Below, one piece after another: positions 54,300-61,754 of a stretch of 64,000 nucleotides of DNA; position 1 is the stretch's first letter, and each line of letters starts with the position of its first letter. A program made the position numbers and the translations under genes. A model generated the notes under the pieces. It was not told the origin of the DNA, did not search any database, and saw nothing but the letters and a program-made list of their open reading frames with translations. The stretch is from Anaerolineales bacterium (lineage in GTDB: Bacteria > Chloroflexota > Anaerolineae > Anaerolineales > E44-bin32). Where the stretch lies: assembly GCA_035281845.1 (NCBI GenBank), contig DATEVL010000155.1, positions 739 through 64,738 of the forward strand, read 5' to 3'.

Positions 54300-56135
54300 T
54301 CAGCCTCCGAGCGCCATCGGCACGGCCGGGTTCGGTGGAAGCTGCAGGAGCACAACCAGTCTCTCCACGACTTCCTGGAATACCGGGGCCGCCACGACCG
54401 ACCCCCACGGAGACGTCGTCGGCTTGTCGAGCCGCACGACCACGATGAACACAGGATCGGGCAGCGGCCCCCACCCGACGAAGGAAGCGATCGTCCACTT
54501 CGGGTCGTAGCCTCTTTCGCCGGGAATCTGCGCGGTGCCCGTCTTCCCCGCCAGTTGGTAACCGGCGACGGCCGCCTTGCGCGTCTCACCCTCCAACGAT
54601 TCGGCGAGCATCTGGGTGAGCATGTGGGCGGCTTCCGGTGTCACCGGCCGACCGAGCACGACCGGCTTCGGCCGGTACGTGCCCTGCGGGCTGGCGATCT
54701 CGCGCACGACGTGGGGCTGGGTCATGACCCCCTTGTTGGCCACGGCGGCGGCGGCGGTGATCAGCTGGATCGGTGTGACCGAGACGCCCTGCCCGAAGGC
54801 GTTCGTTCCAAGGTCCGACTCGGTCCACTCCGGATGGCGCGGCGTGCGCAACTGGCCGGCGACCTCACCGGCGAGATCGATCCCGGACAGCTGACCGACG
54901 CCGAATTCGGTGAGGTAGCCGTAGAAGGAAGACGCGCCAAGCTTTTGCGAGGCGACCCAGGCCAGGCACACGTTCAAGGAATAGCGCATACAGCCGATCA
55001 TCGTCTGCGGGCCCCAGGCGCCGTAATCCCAGTTGCGAATCGGCACACCGCCGACCTCGATCAATCCGGTATCGACGAAGACATCGTTCGGCTGAACCGC
55101 GCCGGAGCTGAGCGCCGAGGCCATCGTCACGATCTTGAAGGTCGAGCCGGGCTCGTACTGCGCGGCGACGGCCGGGGTGATGGCCGATTGGTCATCCTTC
55201 GCCTTGACGAGCCAGGGCTCATAGTTGTTGGGGTCGAGGGTGGGCCAGGCCGCCATGGCCAGGATCTCGCCGTTACGCGGATCCATGACGATGATCTGTC
55301 CGGCTTCGGCCTCGGTGGACTGGATCGCCTCCCTCAGCGCGATTTCGGTGACTTCCTGGATATCGGCGTCGATCGTCAATACCAGGTTGACCCCCGCCGG
55401 CGGATCCGGCTCGAGTCGGGCGTCGGGCGGGATGAAGGTGCGCTCCACCGTGATCGACTTGCCCGAGAGCCAATCGTCGTAATAGCCCTCCACTCCGAAA
55501 AAGCCCTCGCCTTCCTGATTGACGATTCCCAGGATGTGCCCGGCCAGGGTGCCGTTGGGATAGTGCCGGCTGGAGGTGGGCACCAGGTCGAGGCCGGAAA
55601 GATCGGGCGCCAACGGGTCGGCCAGAAAATCCCGCAGAACACCGGCCACCGTCGGATCGAGGCGAATCGGAAGGCGCCCGAGGCGCGGGTCTTCCCGCGT
55701 CAACCGGATTCGGTACTGGCCCTCAGCGGCCCAGTCGTACGTCAGCTGGGCCAACAGGTCATCCATGGGCAGCACCAGCAGCTTGGAGAGGACCGAAGCG
55801 ATCTCCCGGCGGCTCGTCTCATTCAGTTGGCGGATCTCGATTTCCATGTAGTACATCGTCCCGTTGGTCGCCAGCAGCGTTCCATCCCGATCGAAGATCA
55901 GGCCGCGCTCTGGAACGACGCGCTCGAGGCGGCCGTTCCCGGCGCGAGCGCGGGCATCGAAAACCGGTGCGTAGGGCCCGAACTGGACGCGAATGAGTTG
56001 GGCCACCAGCCCGGCGCCCACGACGGCCATCCCGACCATGACCGAGTAGACCCGCCCGCGTCGGAACCCATGTCCTTCGACGGAGCCTGTCCCGAGCGCA
56101 GCCGAGGGGCTCAGGACGCCCCGGCGGCTGTTCAT
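54300..56135 (-). CDS. ftsI: penicillin-binding protein (FtsI/PBP2-type transpeptidase)
   Basis: Start set to the ATG at 56135, overlapping the upstream stop (ATGA). TM anchor. Transpeptidase motifs GSTFK, YSLN, KTGTA. Confidence 0.85.
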   Translation of the reverse strand: MNSRRGVLSPSAALGTGSVEGHGFRRGRVYSVMVGMAVVGAGLVAQLIRVQFGPYAPVFDARARAGNGRLERVVPERGLIFDRDGTLLATNGTMYYMEIEIRQLNETSRREIASVLSKLLVLPMDDLLAQLTYDWAAEGQYRIRLTREDPRLGRLPIRLDPTVAGVLRDFLADPLAPDLSGLDLVPTSSRHYPNGTLAGHILGIVNQEGEGFFGVEGYYDDWLSGKSITVERTFIPPDARLEPDPPAGVNLVLTIDADIQEVTEIALREAIQSTEAEAGQIIVMDPRNGEILAMAAWPTLDPNNYEPWLVKAKDDQSAITPAVAAQYEPGSTFKIVTMASALSSGAVQPNDVFVDTGLIEVGGVPIRNWDYGAWGPQTMIGCMRYSLNVCLAWVASQKLGASSFYGYLTEFGVGQLSGIDLAGEVAGQLRTPRHPEWTESDLGTNAFGQGVSVTPIQLITAAAAVANKGVMTQPHVVREIASPQGTYRPKPVVLGRPVTPEAAHMLTQMLAESLEGETRKAAVAGYQLAGKTGTAQIPGERGYDPKWTIASFVGWGPLPDPVFIVVVRLDKPTTSPWGSVVAAPVFQEVVERLVVLLQLPPNPAVPMALGG

Positions 56136-56590
56136 CGCACGCCCCGCAAGAGCTCGACCATTCGCAGGGTCCAATCGGCGAGCGTCTCGGTGTAAGCCGG
56201 GGATAAGCTCCCGGAAGGCATCACCGGACTGCCGATGGGCGGCGGCGCATCGAATCCTCGAGGCGGGACATACCCGTCAATCACGACGTACTCCAGGTCC
56301 TTGGCATGGGCCGGTTGAAAACCGAGCGAAGCTGCCCGTTCCATCATCCGTTGCGGTGTCGTCAGGTCCGCCAACTGTGCACCGAGGTTCGTCGACTGGC
56401 GCATCAGGTCGGCCCGCTGCGCCTCCAGCCCGAGCAACACTCGCCCGGCATCCGCCAGGCGCGCGTTGACCGCCAGGTACATCCCGGCGATCACGAGCAG
56501 CGCCACCAGACCCAGCAAGGTGTTGCTGGTGGTCTGCTGCAAGATCCTCCATGGCGCCTGGCGAAAGGCCTGTCTGTGCGCTTTCCTCAC
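56132..56590 (-). CDS. ftsL: FtsL-like cell division protein
   Basis: Single TM helix LLGLVALLVIAGMYLAV, followed by a coiled-coil-like segment. Canonical position between rsmH and ftsI. GTG start overlaps the rsmH stop. Confidence 0.6.
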   Translation of the reverse strand: MRKAHRQAFRQAPWRILQQTTSNTLLGLVALLVIAGMYLAVNARLADAGRVLLGLEAQRADLMRQSTNLGAQLADLTTPQRMMERAASLGFQPAHAKDLEYVVIDGYVPPRGFDAPPPIGSPVMPSGSLSPAYTETLADWTLRMVELLRGVR

Positions 56591-57579
56591 CCGCCGCTCC
56601 CGACCCTGTTCCTTTTATGCAAGGATCGTGCCGTACCCAGCCGTTCCGCTGCCCGCATCCGGGCGCTCCGCGCCCGCGGATTCCGCTCGACTTCCGCCGC
56701 CTCCGCCCGGATCGGCCGGCGCGTCAGAGGCTGCAGGGTCGCCTGGTGCCCGCAGGTGCACACCGGTTGCTCCGGAGGGCAAATGCAGTCCTGCGACTCG
56801 CGCCGGATGAATTGCTTGACCAGACGGTCCTCCAGCGAATGGAAGGAGATCACGACCAGCCTCCCCCGCTCCCGCAGCAACCCGAGCGACGCTTCCAAGC
56901 CTTCGCTCAGCTCGTCCAGCTCGCGATTGACGGCGATGCGCAAGGCCTGAAACGATTGCGTGGCCGGATGGACTCCACTCCGGCTGCGGCCGACCGCCCG
57001 CGCTACGATCCCGGCCAGTTCGGTTGTGGTCGCCACCGGTCGGGCGCCCACGATCGCCCGCGCGACGGCTCGCGCCCGAGGCTCCTCGCCGTACTTCCGC
57101 AGGACGTCGGCCAGCGCCGCTTCGTCCCAGTGATTGACAAGTTCGCCCGCCGTCAGCGCCTGCGACGGATCGAAACGCATGTCGAGAGGGCCTTCGAAGC
57201 GGAAGGAGAAACCGCGCGCCGGATCGTCGAGCTGCATCGATGAAAGGCCGAGGTCGAAGAGTATCCCGTCGACCCCGTCCCAGCCGAGCGCCTCTGCCTC
57301 CTGGGTCATCGCTGCGAAGGAGGCATTACGGAGGTGGAACCGGCCAGCGTAGACTTCGAGCCGACCCGCCGCCAAGATGAGCGCCTGCGGGTCCCGGTCC
57401 AATCCGAGGAGTTCGCCGTCGGGTCCGGAGGTTCCGAGAATCCCCAGCGCGTGCCCGCCCCCACCCAGGGTTCCGTCCATATAGCGGCCCCCCGCCCGCG
57501 GTTCGAGGGCGGAGAGCACTTGCTGGTAAAGAACCGGGGCATGCGGTCCGGGGCCCGCGTCTCGCATCGACGCGCCCAT
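56587..57579 (-). CDS. rsmH: 16S rRNA (cytosine1402-N4)-methyltransferase
   Basis: HAPVLYQQVL, DGTLGGGGHA and FDLGLSSMQLD motifs. Follows mraZ. Confidence 0.9.
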   Translation of the reverse strand: MGASMRDAGPGPHAPVLYQQVLSALEPRAGGRYMDGTLGGGGHALGILGTSGPDGELLGLDRDPQALILAAGRLEVYAGRFHLRNASFAAMTQEAEALGWDGVDGILFDLGLSSMQLDDPARGFSFRFEGPLDMRFDPSQALTAGELVNHWDEAALADVLRKYGEEPRARAVARAIVGARPVATTTELAGIVARAVGRSRSGVHPATQSFQALRIAVNRELDELSEGLEASLGLLRERGRLVVISFHSLEDRLVKQFIRRESQDCICPPEQPVCTCGHQATLQPLTRRPIRAEAAEVERNPRARSARMRAAERLGTARSLHKRNRVGSGG

Positions 57580-57582
57580 GGA

Positions 57583-58020
57583 CTACCCCGAGGAAAGGTC
57601 GAAAGCCGAGAAGCGCTTGGCGTTAGACTCAGGGTCGGTCAGACTGCGCTCTTCCCCAGACCACGCCGCGGCGCCCCAGATTTCGAAATACTCCCCGGCA
57701 CCAACAAGGACGGCATCGCTCTCAATGGCAGCGTACTGACGCAGGAACTCTGGAAGCAGGATGCGGCCGGCCGAGTCGAGGCTGACCTCGGTCGCTCCGC
57801 CAAAGAGGACTCGACGAACGGCGCGCGCCTCGGGATCGGTCGTGGTGAGGTGATTGGCCCGCGCCGCCAATCGCTCGAAACTCTCCGTGGTATAAACCAC
57901 CAGGCTCCGATCAAAACCTTGGGTGACGAAGGCGCCGGTGGCGAGCGCCGGACGAAAACGGACCGGTATGGTTAACCGGCCCTTGGCATCGAGACTGTGA
58001 GCGAACTGACCGAGGAACAT
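57583..58020 (-). CDS. mraZ: transcriptional regulator MraZ
   Basis: Trimmed to the ATG at 58020 (MFLGQFAHSLDAKGRLTIPVRFR). Second SpoVT/AbrB-like half has DSAGRILLP. AGGAG SD. Confidence 0.9.
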   Translation of the reverse strand: MFLGQFAHSLDAKGRLTIPVRFRPALATGAFVTQGFDRSLVVYTTESFERLAARANHLTTTDPEARAVRRVLFGGATEVSLDSAGRILLPEFLRQYAAIESDAVLVGAGEYFEIWGAAAWSGEERSLTDPESNAKRFSAFDLSSG

Positions 58021-58068
58021 GCGTTCTAACAGTCTCCTGGCATGCAAGACGCCGGTCCACTCCGGCGT

Positions 58069-58103
58069 CCCACATCACACCACTCTGACCCACAATTGCC
58101 CAC
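58069..58103 (-). promoter_or_regulatory. putative MraZ operator: four GTGG(G/T) boxes at 10-bp phasing
   Basis: Minus strand reads GTGGGcaattGTGGGtcagaGTGGTgtgatGTGGG (plus-strand CCCAC/ACCAC at 58069, 58079, 58089, 58099). Lies immediately downstream of the -10 box. Confidence 0.6.
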
Positions 58104-58132
58104 AGTATATACACGTTTTTGGGAAGGCGCAA
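58104..58132 (-). promoter_or_regulatory. candidate dcw/mraZ promoter
   Basis: Minus strand reads TTGCGC (58132-58127), 17-nt spacer, TATACT (58109-58104). Lies about 85 nt upstream of the mraZ ATG. Confidence 0.5.
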
Positions 58133-58194
58133 CCAAATAGCGCAACGCGATTGGTCGGTACTTTCCTCCTACCCCCAGATATGGAGATCCCTGG

Positions 58195-59619
58195 ATGACT
58201 CAACCCACGCTTGGGATCGGGTATCGCGAGCTCTTTGTCGGAACGGAAGTCGAAGTCCCGCTGCTGGGCGGCGGGACGCGGAGCTACGTCAACCTCGACA
58301 ACGCCGCCTCCACCCCACCCCTGCGCGCTGTGCGAGACGGGGTGAACGGATTCCTGGATCACTACGCCAGCGTCCACCGCGGGACCGGCTTCAAGTCACA
58401 ACTCTCGACCTGGGCTTACGAGCAAGCGCGGCAGCAAGTGCTCGGTTTCGTTGGCGGCGAGGCGACCAGCCACGTGTGTATCTTCGGCAAGAACACGACC
58501 GAGGCCCTCAACAAGCTCGCGCGACGGATGACTTTCCGACCGGAGGATGTGATCCTGGTCACCGAGATGGAGCACCACTCGGATGACCTGCCTTACCGTG
58601 GTGTCGCGCGCGTTGTCCACGCCGCCGTGCTCGATGACGGCCGCCTGGACGAGGACGACTTCGACCGAAAGCTGGCCACGCTGCACGGCCAGGTGCGGCT
58701 GGTGGCCGTGGCCGGCGCCAGTAACGTCACCGGTTACATCAACCCGATCCACCGGCTGGCCGCCAAGGCGCACGCCGCTGGGGCATGGATCAGTGTCGAC
58801 GCCGCCCAGCTCGCCCCGCATCGTCGAGTGGAAATGGGGCCGCTCGACGATCCGGAACACATCGACTTCGTAGCACTCTCCGGCCACAAGCTGTACGCGC
58901 CCTTCGGCACCGGTGCCCTGATCGGGCGACGCGACCTGTTCGAGGGCGGCGACCCGGATCAGCGGGGAGGCGGCACGGTGGAGATCGTGACGCTCGATGA
59001 TGTCGTCTGGGCCGAACCTCCCGACCGCGACGAAGCCGGCAGCCCGAATGTCGTCGGGGCGGTGGCCCTTGGACTGGCGCTGCGGACGCTGGGGGCCATC
59101 GGAATGGACCAGGTGGCGGCCCACGAAGCCGAGCTCACGCGATACGCCTTGGACCGGCTGAGGACGATCGACAAGGTTCGGGTTTTCGGCGACTCGCGCC
59201 CGGAGACCGCCGGAAGCCGTCTGGGGGCGATACCGTTTCAGGTGGACGGCCTATCCCATTTCCTGGTGGCGGCCATCTTGGGTTACGAATTCGGCATCGG
59301 GGTCCGCAGTGGCTGCTTCTGCGCCCACCCCTACGTCCTGCGTCTATTGGGGTTGAACGCGACACAGTCGCGAGAGGTGCGCGATCAGATGGTCGCTCAT
59401 GACAAGCGAGAGATGCCAGGCTTGATCCGCATGTCGTTTGGCTTGTACAACACGATCGACGAAGTCGATCGGTTCATCGAGGCACTCGGTCGGGTCGCCC
59501 GAGGGGGCTTCACCGGTCGCTACCACCAGGAGCCTACCACCGGCGAATTCACCCCGGAAGGCTGGGCGCCGGATTTCGAAGACTACATGCCCAGCGCGCC
59601 TCCCCTCGTCTCGGCCTAG
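58195..59619 (+). CDS. class-V aminotransferase / cysteine desulfurase-like PLP enzyme
   Basis: GGAG SD. Class-V fold motifs with the PLP-lysine context FVALSGHKLYAPFGTGAL. Substrate not assignable from sequence. Confidence 0.75.
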   Translation: MTQPTLGIGYRELFVGTEVEVPLLGGGTRSYVNLDNAASTPPLRAVRDGVNGFLDHYASVHRGTGFKSQLSTWAYEQARQQVLGFVGGEATSHVCIFGKNTTEALNKLARRMTFRPEDVILVTEMEHHSDDLPYRGVARVVHAAVLDDGRLDEDDFDRKLATLHGQVRLVAVAGASNVTGYINPIHRLAAKAHAAGAWISVDAAQLAPHRRVEMGPLDDPEHIDFVALSGHKLYAPFGTGALIGRRDLFEGGDPDQRGGGTVEIVTLDDVVWAEPPDRDEAGSPNVVGAVALGLALRTLGAIGMDQVAAHEAELTRYALDRLRTIDKVRVFGDSRPETAGSRLGAIPFQVDGLSHFLVAAILGYEFGIGVRSGCFCAHPYVLRLLGLNATQSREVRDQMVAHDKREMPGLIRMSFGLYNTIDEVDRFIEALGRVARGGFTGRYHQEPTTGEFTPEGWAPDFEDYMPSAPPLVSA

Positions 59620-59632
59620 CCGGCTCTGCCGA

Positions 59633-59659
59633 GGGGCGACCCGGACGTCGCGCTTTTTT
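59633..59659 (+). terminator. weak intrinsic terminator candidate after the aminotransferase gene
   Basis: GGCGAC-CCGGAC-GTCGC(G)C stem, followed by TTTTTT (59654-59659). Confidence 0.4.
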
Positions 59660-59723
59660 CCGGTGCCTGTGGGGACCCCCGCGCGTTTTCGTACCCGCGG
59701 GGACATTCCGTGAGAATCACCTG

Positions 59724-59935
59724 GGGGATTCCCACCTGCACTTGCAGCTGCGCTGCAAGCGCAGGTACAAGTGTCGCTTCGCTCGGAATGACATTCAAAG
59801 AGGACCACGCTCTCTTTGTCATTCCGAGCGAGGGCCATGAGCCTTTGCGCACGATCCTGCGAAGTCCCGTCGAAGGGCCGAGAGACACCTGCGCCTGCAG
59901 CTGCGCCGAAGGCGCAGGTGCAGGTGGGAATCCCC
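59724..59935. repeat. pair of inverted unit-U elements (MITE-like), heads facing inward
   Basis: Perfect 18-nt terminal inverted repeat GGGGATTCCCACCTGCAC (59724-59741) / GTGCAGGTGGGAATCCCC (59918-59935). Inner inverted pair GCTCGGAATGAC (59781-59792) / GTCATTCCGAGCG (59818-59830). Confidence 0.85.
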
Positions 59936-60080
59936 AAGGCGCAGCACCGGCAGGATCCCATCCGGAGCGAATGTCCCTAACCCTCCGGGGCATAAGGGCA
60001 TCCTCGGGCCCTCCACCGATGTGATCGACGCGAATCGAGGGCGGTGGGCTTCTCTTCGAGAGGCTCCAGCTTCCGGCCGG

Positions 60081-60116
60081 AAAAAGCTTCCCGCGGGCTT
60101 GAAGCTCGCGGGAAGC
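60081..60116 (-). terminator. intrinsic terminator of rnpB
   Basis: Minus strand reads GCTTCCCGCGAGC-TTCAA-GCCCGCGGGAAGC, followed by TTTTT. Lies about 10 nt after the RNase P RNA 3' helix. Confidence 0.8.
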
Positions 60117-60125
60117 TCTGCAAAG

Positions 60126-60545
60126 CCGGGGGCCGACTTGTAAGCCGCGTTCTGTCCGGCGCCGGTGGCGGTTTACGGCCGATGGCCTTCATCCCGCTGA
60201 CCGGAGCCTGTGCGATCATCTATCTCGGCCCGAGCGTTGCCGCCGGGCTCAAGCAGCCTACCCGGGGCTCGAACGGAGCGGGCAGCTCCTCGCCCCTGCT
60301 TGGCCTTGCTCCGGATGGGGGTTGCCTGGCCGGCCCCATTGCTGGCGCCGCCGGTGGTCTCTTACACCACCGTTTCACCCTGGCCTCGGACTCGCATCCG
60401 AGGTGGTCTGTTTCTGTGGCCCTGTCCGCGGGTTTCCCCGCCCGGGTGTTACCCGGCACCCTGCCCTGTGGAGCGCGGACTTTCCTCGGACTGCCCTTCA
60501 CTTTCGCTCAGGACAGCCCGCGATCGCCCGGCCGACCCACCGGCC
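60126..60545 (-). ncRNA. rnpB: RNase P RNA, bacterial type A
   Basis: Minus strand carries the universal blocks GAGGAAAGTCCGCGCTCCACAGGGCAGGGTGCCGGGTAACACCCGG, AGGGTGAAACGGTGGTGTAAGAGACCACC, CCGGAGCAAGGCCAAGCAGGGG, CCGGGTAGGCTGCTTGAGCC and ACAGAACGCGGCTTA. P1 pairing is GGGTCGGC (60538-60531) with GTCGGCCC (60137-60130). Ends are accurate to about 10 nt. Confidence 0.95.
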
Positions 60546-60636
60546 GCTTTCATCTTATCCTCCGGTCCATCCAGCGTCAACAGTCGACCGACGACTTGGA
60601 GACGAGACTCCGCCTGCTCCCATTCTGGCCCTGCCG

Positions 60637-60833
60637 CCCTCACCTCTTCGGGCACCCCTTCGGTGCACCCTGGGTGTGCGCCGCCCTTGGCGCCCTGTCC
60701 CCTGGGGACACCCGAAGGGGTGCAGAGGGCGAAGGGCGTGGCGCCCTGTCCCCTGGGGACACCCGCCCTTGGCGCCCTGTCCCCTGGGGACACCCGAAGG
60801 GGTGTAGAGGGCGAAGAGGTGTAGAGGGCGGGG
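60637..60833. repeat. dense array of module-A words
   Basis: CTTCGGGCACCCCTTCGGTGCACCCTGGGTGTGCGCCGCCCTTGGCGCCCTGTCCCCTGGGGACACCCGAAGGGGTGCAGAGGGCGAAGGGCG... The word GGCGCCCTGTCCCCTGGGGACACCC occurs 3 times. Confidence 0.85.
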
Positions 60834-60945
60834 CACTATGTCGTGGATCCGGAAAGTACCGGTAAGCGGGCCAGGGTCCGGCGCTAACGCCCCTCCAACA
60901 GTCCCCGGGTACAGTCGTTTCAGCCGATGGGGAATCCGACCGCTC

Positions 60946-60975
60946 TTGTCAGGTCTGCCGCCCACGCCGTATAAT
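60946..60975 (+). promoter_or_regulatory. near-consensus sigma-70 promoter of the zinc-ribbon gene
   Basis: TTGTCA (60946-60951), 18-nt spacer, TATAAT (60970-60975). The ATG lies 22 nt downstream, preceded by AAGGAAAGAG. Confidence 0.6.
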
Positions 60976-60997
60976 CACGGTCTTACAAGGAAAGAGT

Positions 60998-61327
60998 ATG
61001 CCCACGTACGTGTACGGCTGTGACAACTGCGGTGTGCGCTTCGACCGCTACCAAAGCTTCGACGACCCTCCGCTGACCGAGTGCCCGGAATGCGGCGAGG
61101 ACGCCTTGCGCAGGATGATCCTCCCGGTCGGGGTCGTATTCAAGGGCTCGGGTTTTTACTCGACGGACCATCGATCTCCGTCGGGTCAGGGCGCGCCTCG
61201 GAAGCCCGACGAAAGCGGGTCCGACAGCAAGGAAGGCGGGTCCGGCAGCAAGGACAACGGGGCGAAAGACAGTGGGAACAAGCCCAGCAGCGGAAAGAAA
61301 GAGACGGCCGTCGAATCGGCCGACTGA
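60998..61327 (+). CDS. FmdB-family (CxxC_CxxC_SSSS) zinc-ribbon protein
   Basis: MPTYVYGCDNCGVRFDRYQSFDDPPLTECPECGEDALRRM...FKGSGFY. Ser/Gly/Lys/Asp-rich tail. Confidence 0.85.
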   Translation: MPTYVYGCDNCGVRFDRYQSFDDPPLTECPECGEDALRRMILPVGVVFKGSGFYSTDHRSPSGQGAPRKPDESGSDSKEGGSGSKDNGAKDSGNKPSSGKKETAVESAD

Positions 61328-61352
61328 CGACCTAACCCACGAACAAGAAGCG

Positions 61353-61392
61353 AAGGGCACAGCGGCGCTGTGCCCCTTCTCGTCTTCTATTG
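61353..61392. terminator. intrinsic terminator between convergent genes
   Basis: AAGGGCACAGCG-G-CGCTGTGCCCCTT, followed by CTCGTCTTCTATT on the plus strand. Confidence 0.6.
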
Positions 61393-61417
61393 GTGCTACT
61401 CGACCTCGCCGCTCCGG

Positions 61418-61708
61418 CTACATCTGGAAGCCGCCCGTCGCCCGGATGATCTTCCACTCGAAGTTGGCAACGAACTCTCCCAGCCGATCACGTAGGCCTT
61501 GCCACTCTGGAGACTCGAGCGCAGACCGCATCTCCTTGAGATCCTGAGTCACACCGCCGGTCAGGATCTGCGGCCGCCGTCCGAAAGTCGTGTACCAGGC
61601 CTCGGTCGGCTGGATCCCCAGCCGCTGCATCCCAGGAACGAACTCACGCACGACAAACTCAAAGTACTCCTGCTCGCGGCCGGGTAGGATGTCCCAGGTC
61701 ATCAGCAA
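61418..61708 (-). CDS. hypothetical small protein (96 aa)
   Basis: Well-formed globular-looking sequence (MTWDILPGREQEYFEFVVREFVPGMQRLGIQPTEAWYT...). No motif recognised. Confidence 0.55.
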   Translation of the reverse strand: MLMTWDILPGREQEYFEFVVREFVPGMQRLGIQPTEAWYTTFGRRPQILTGGVTQDLKEMRSALESPEWQGLRDRLGEFVANFEWKIIRATGGFQM

Positions 61709-61754
61709 CTTGATCGACAGATCCAGACTCCTCTGACGGCCGCCGGGAGGCCGC

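Noticed and set aside
52911-56195. 1094-aa plus-strand ORF, the longest in the track
   Set aside because: It lies entirely antisense to murF and ftsI, both of which carry unambiguous family motifs. Its translation is Arg/Gly/Asp/His/Pro-rich low-complexity sequence with no motif, which is typical of the open reverse frame of high-GC genes.
60044-60865. 273-, 204-, 161-, 136-, 114- and 93-aa ORFs around 60.0-60.9 kb
   Set aside because: They overlap RNase P RNA and the module-A repeat array. The translations are repeat words (for example PWGHPKGCRGRR).
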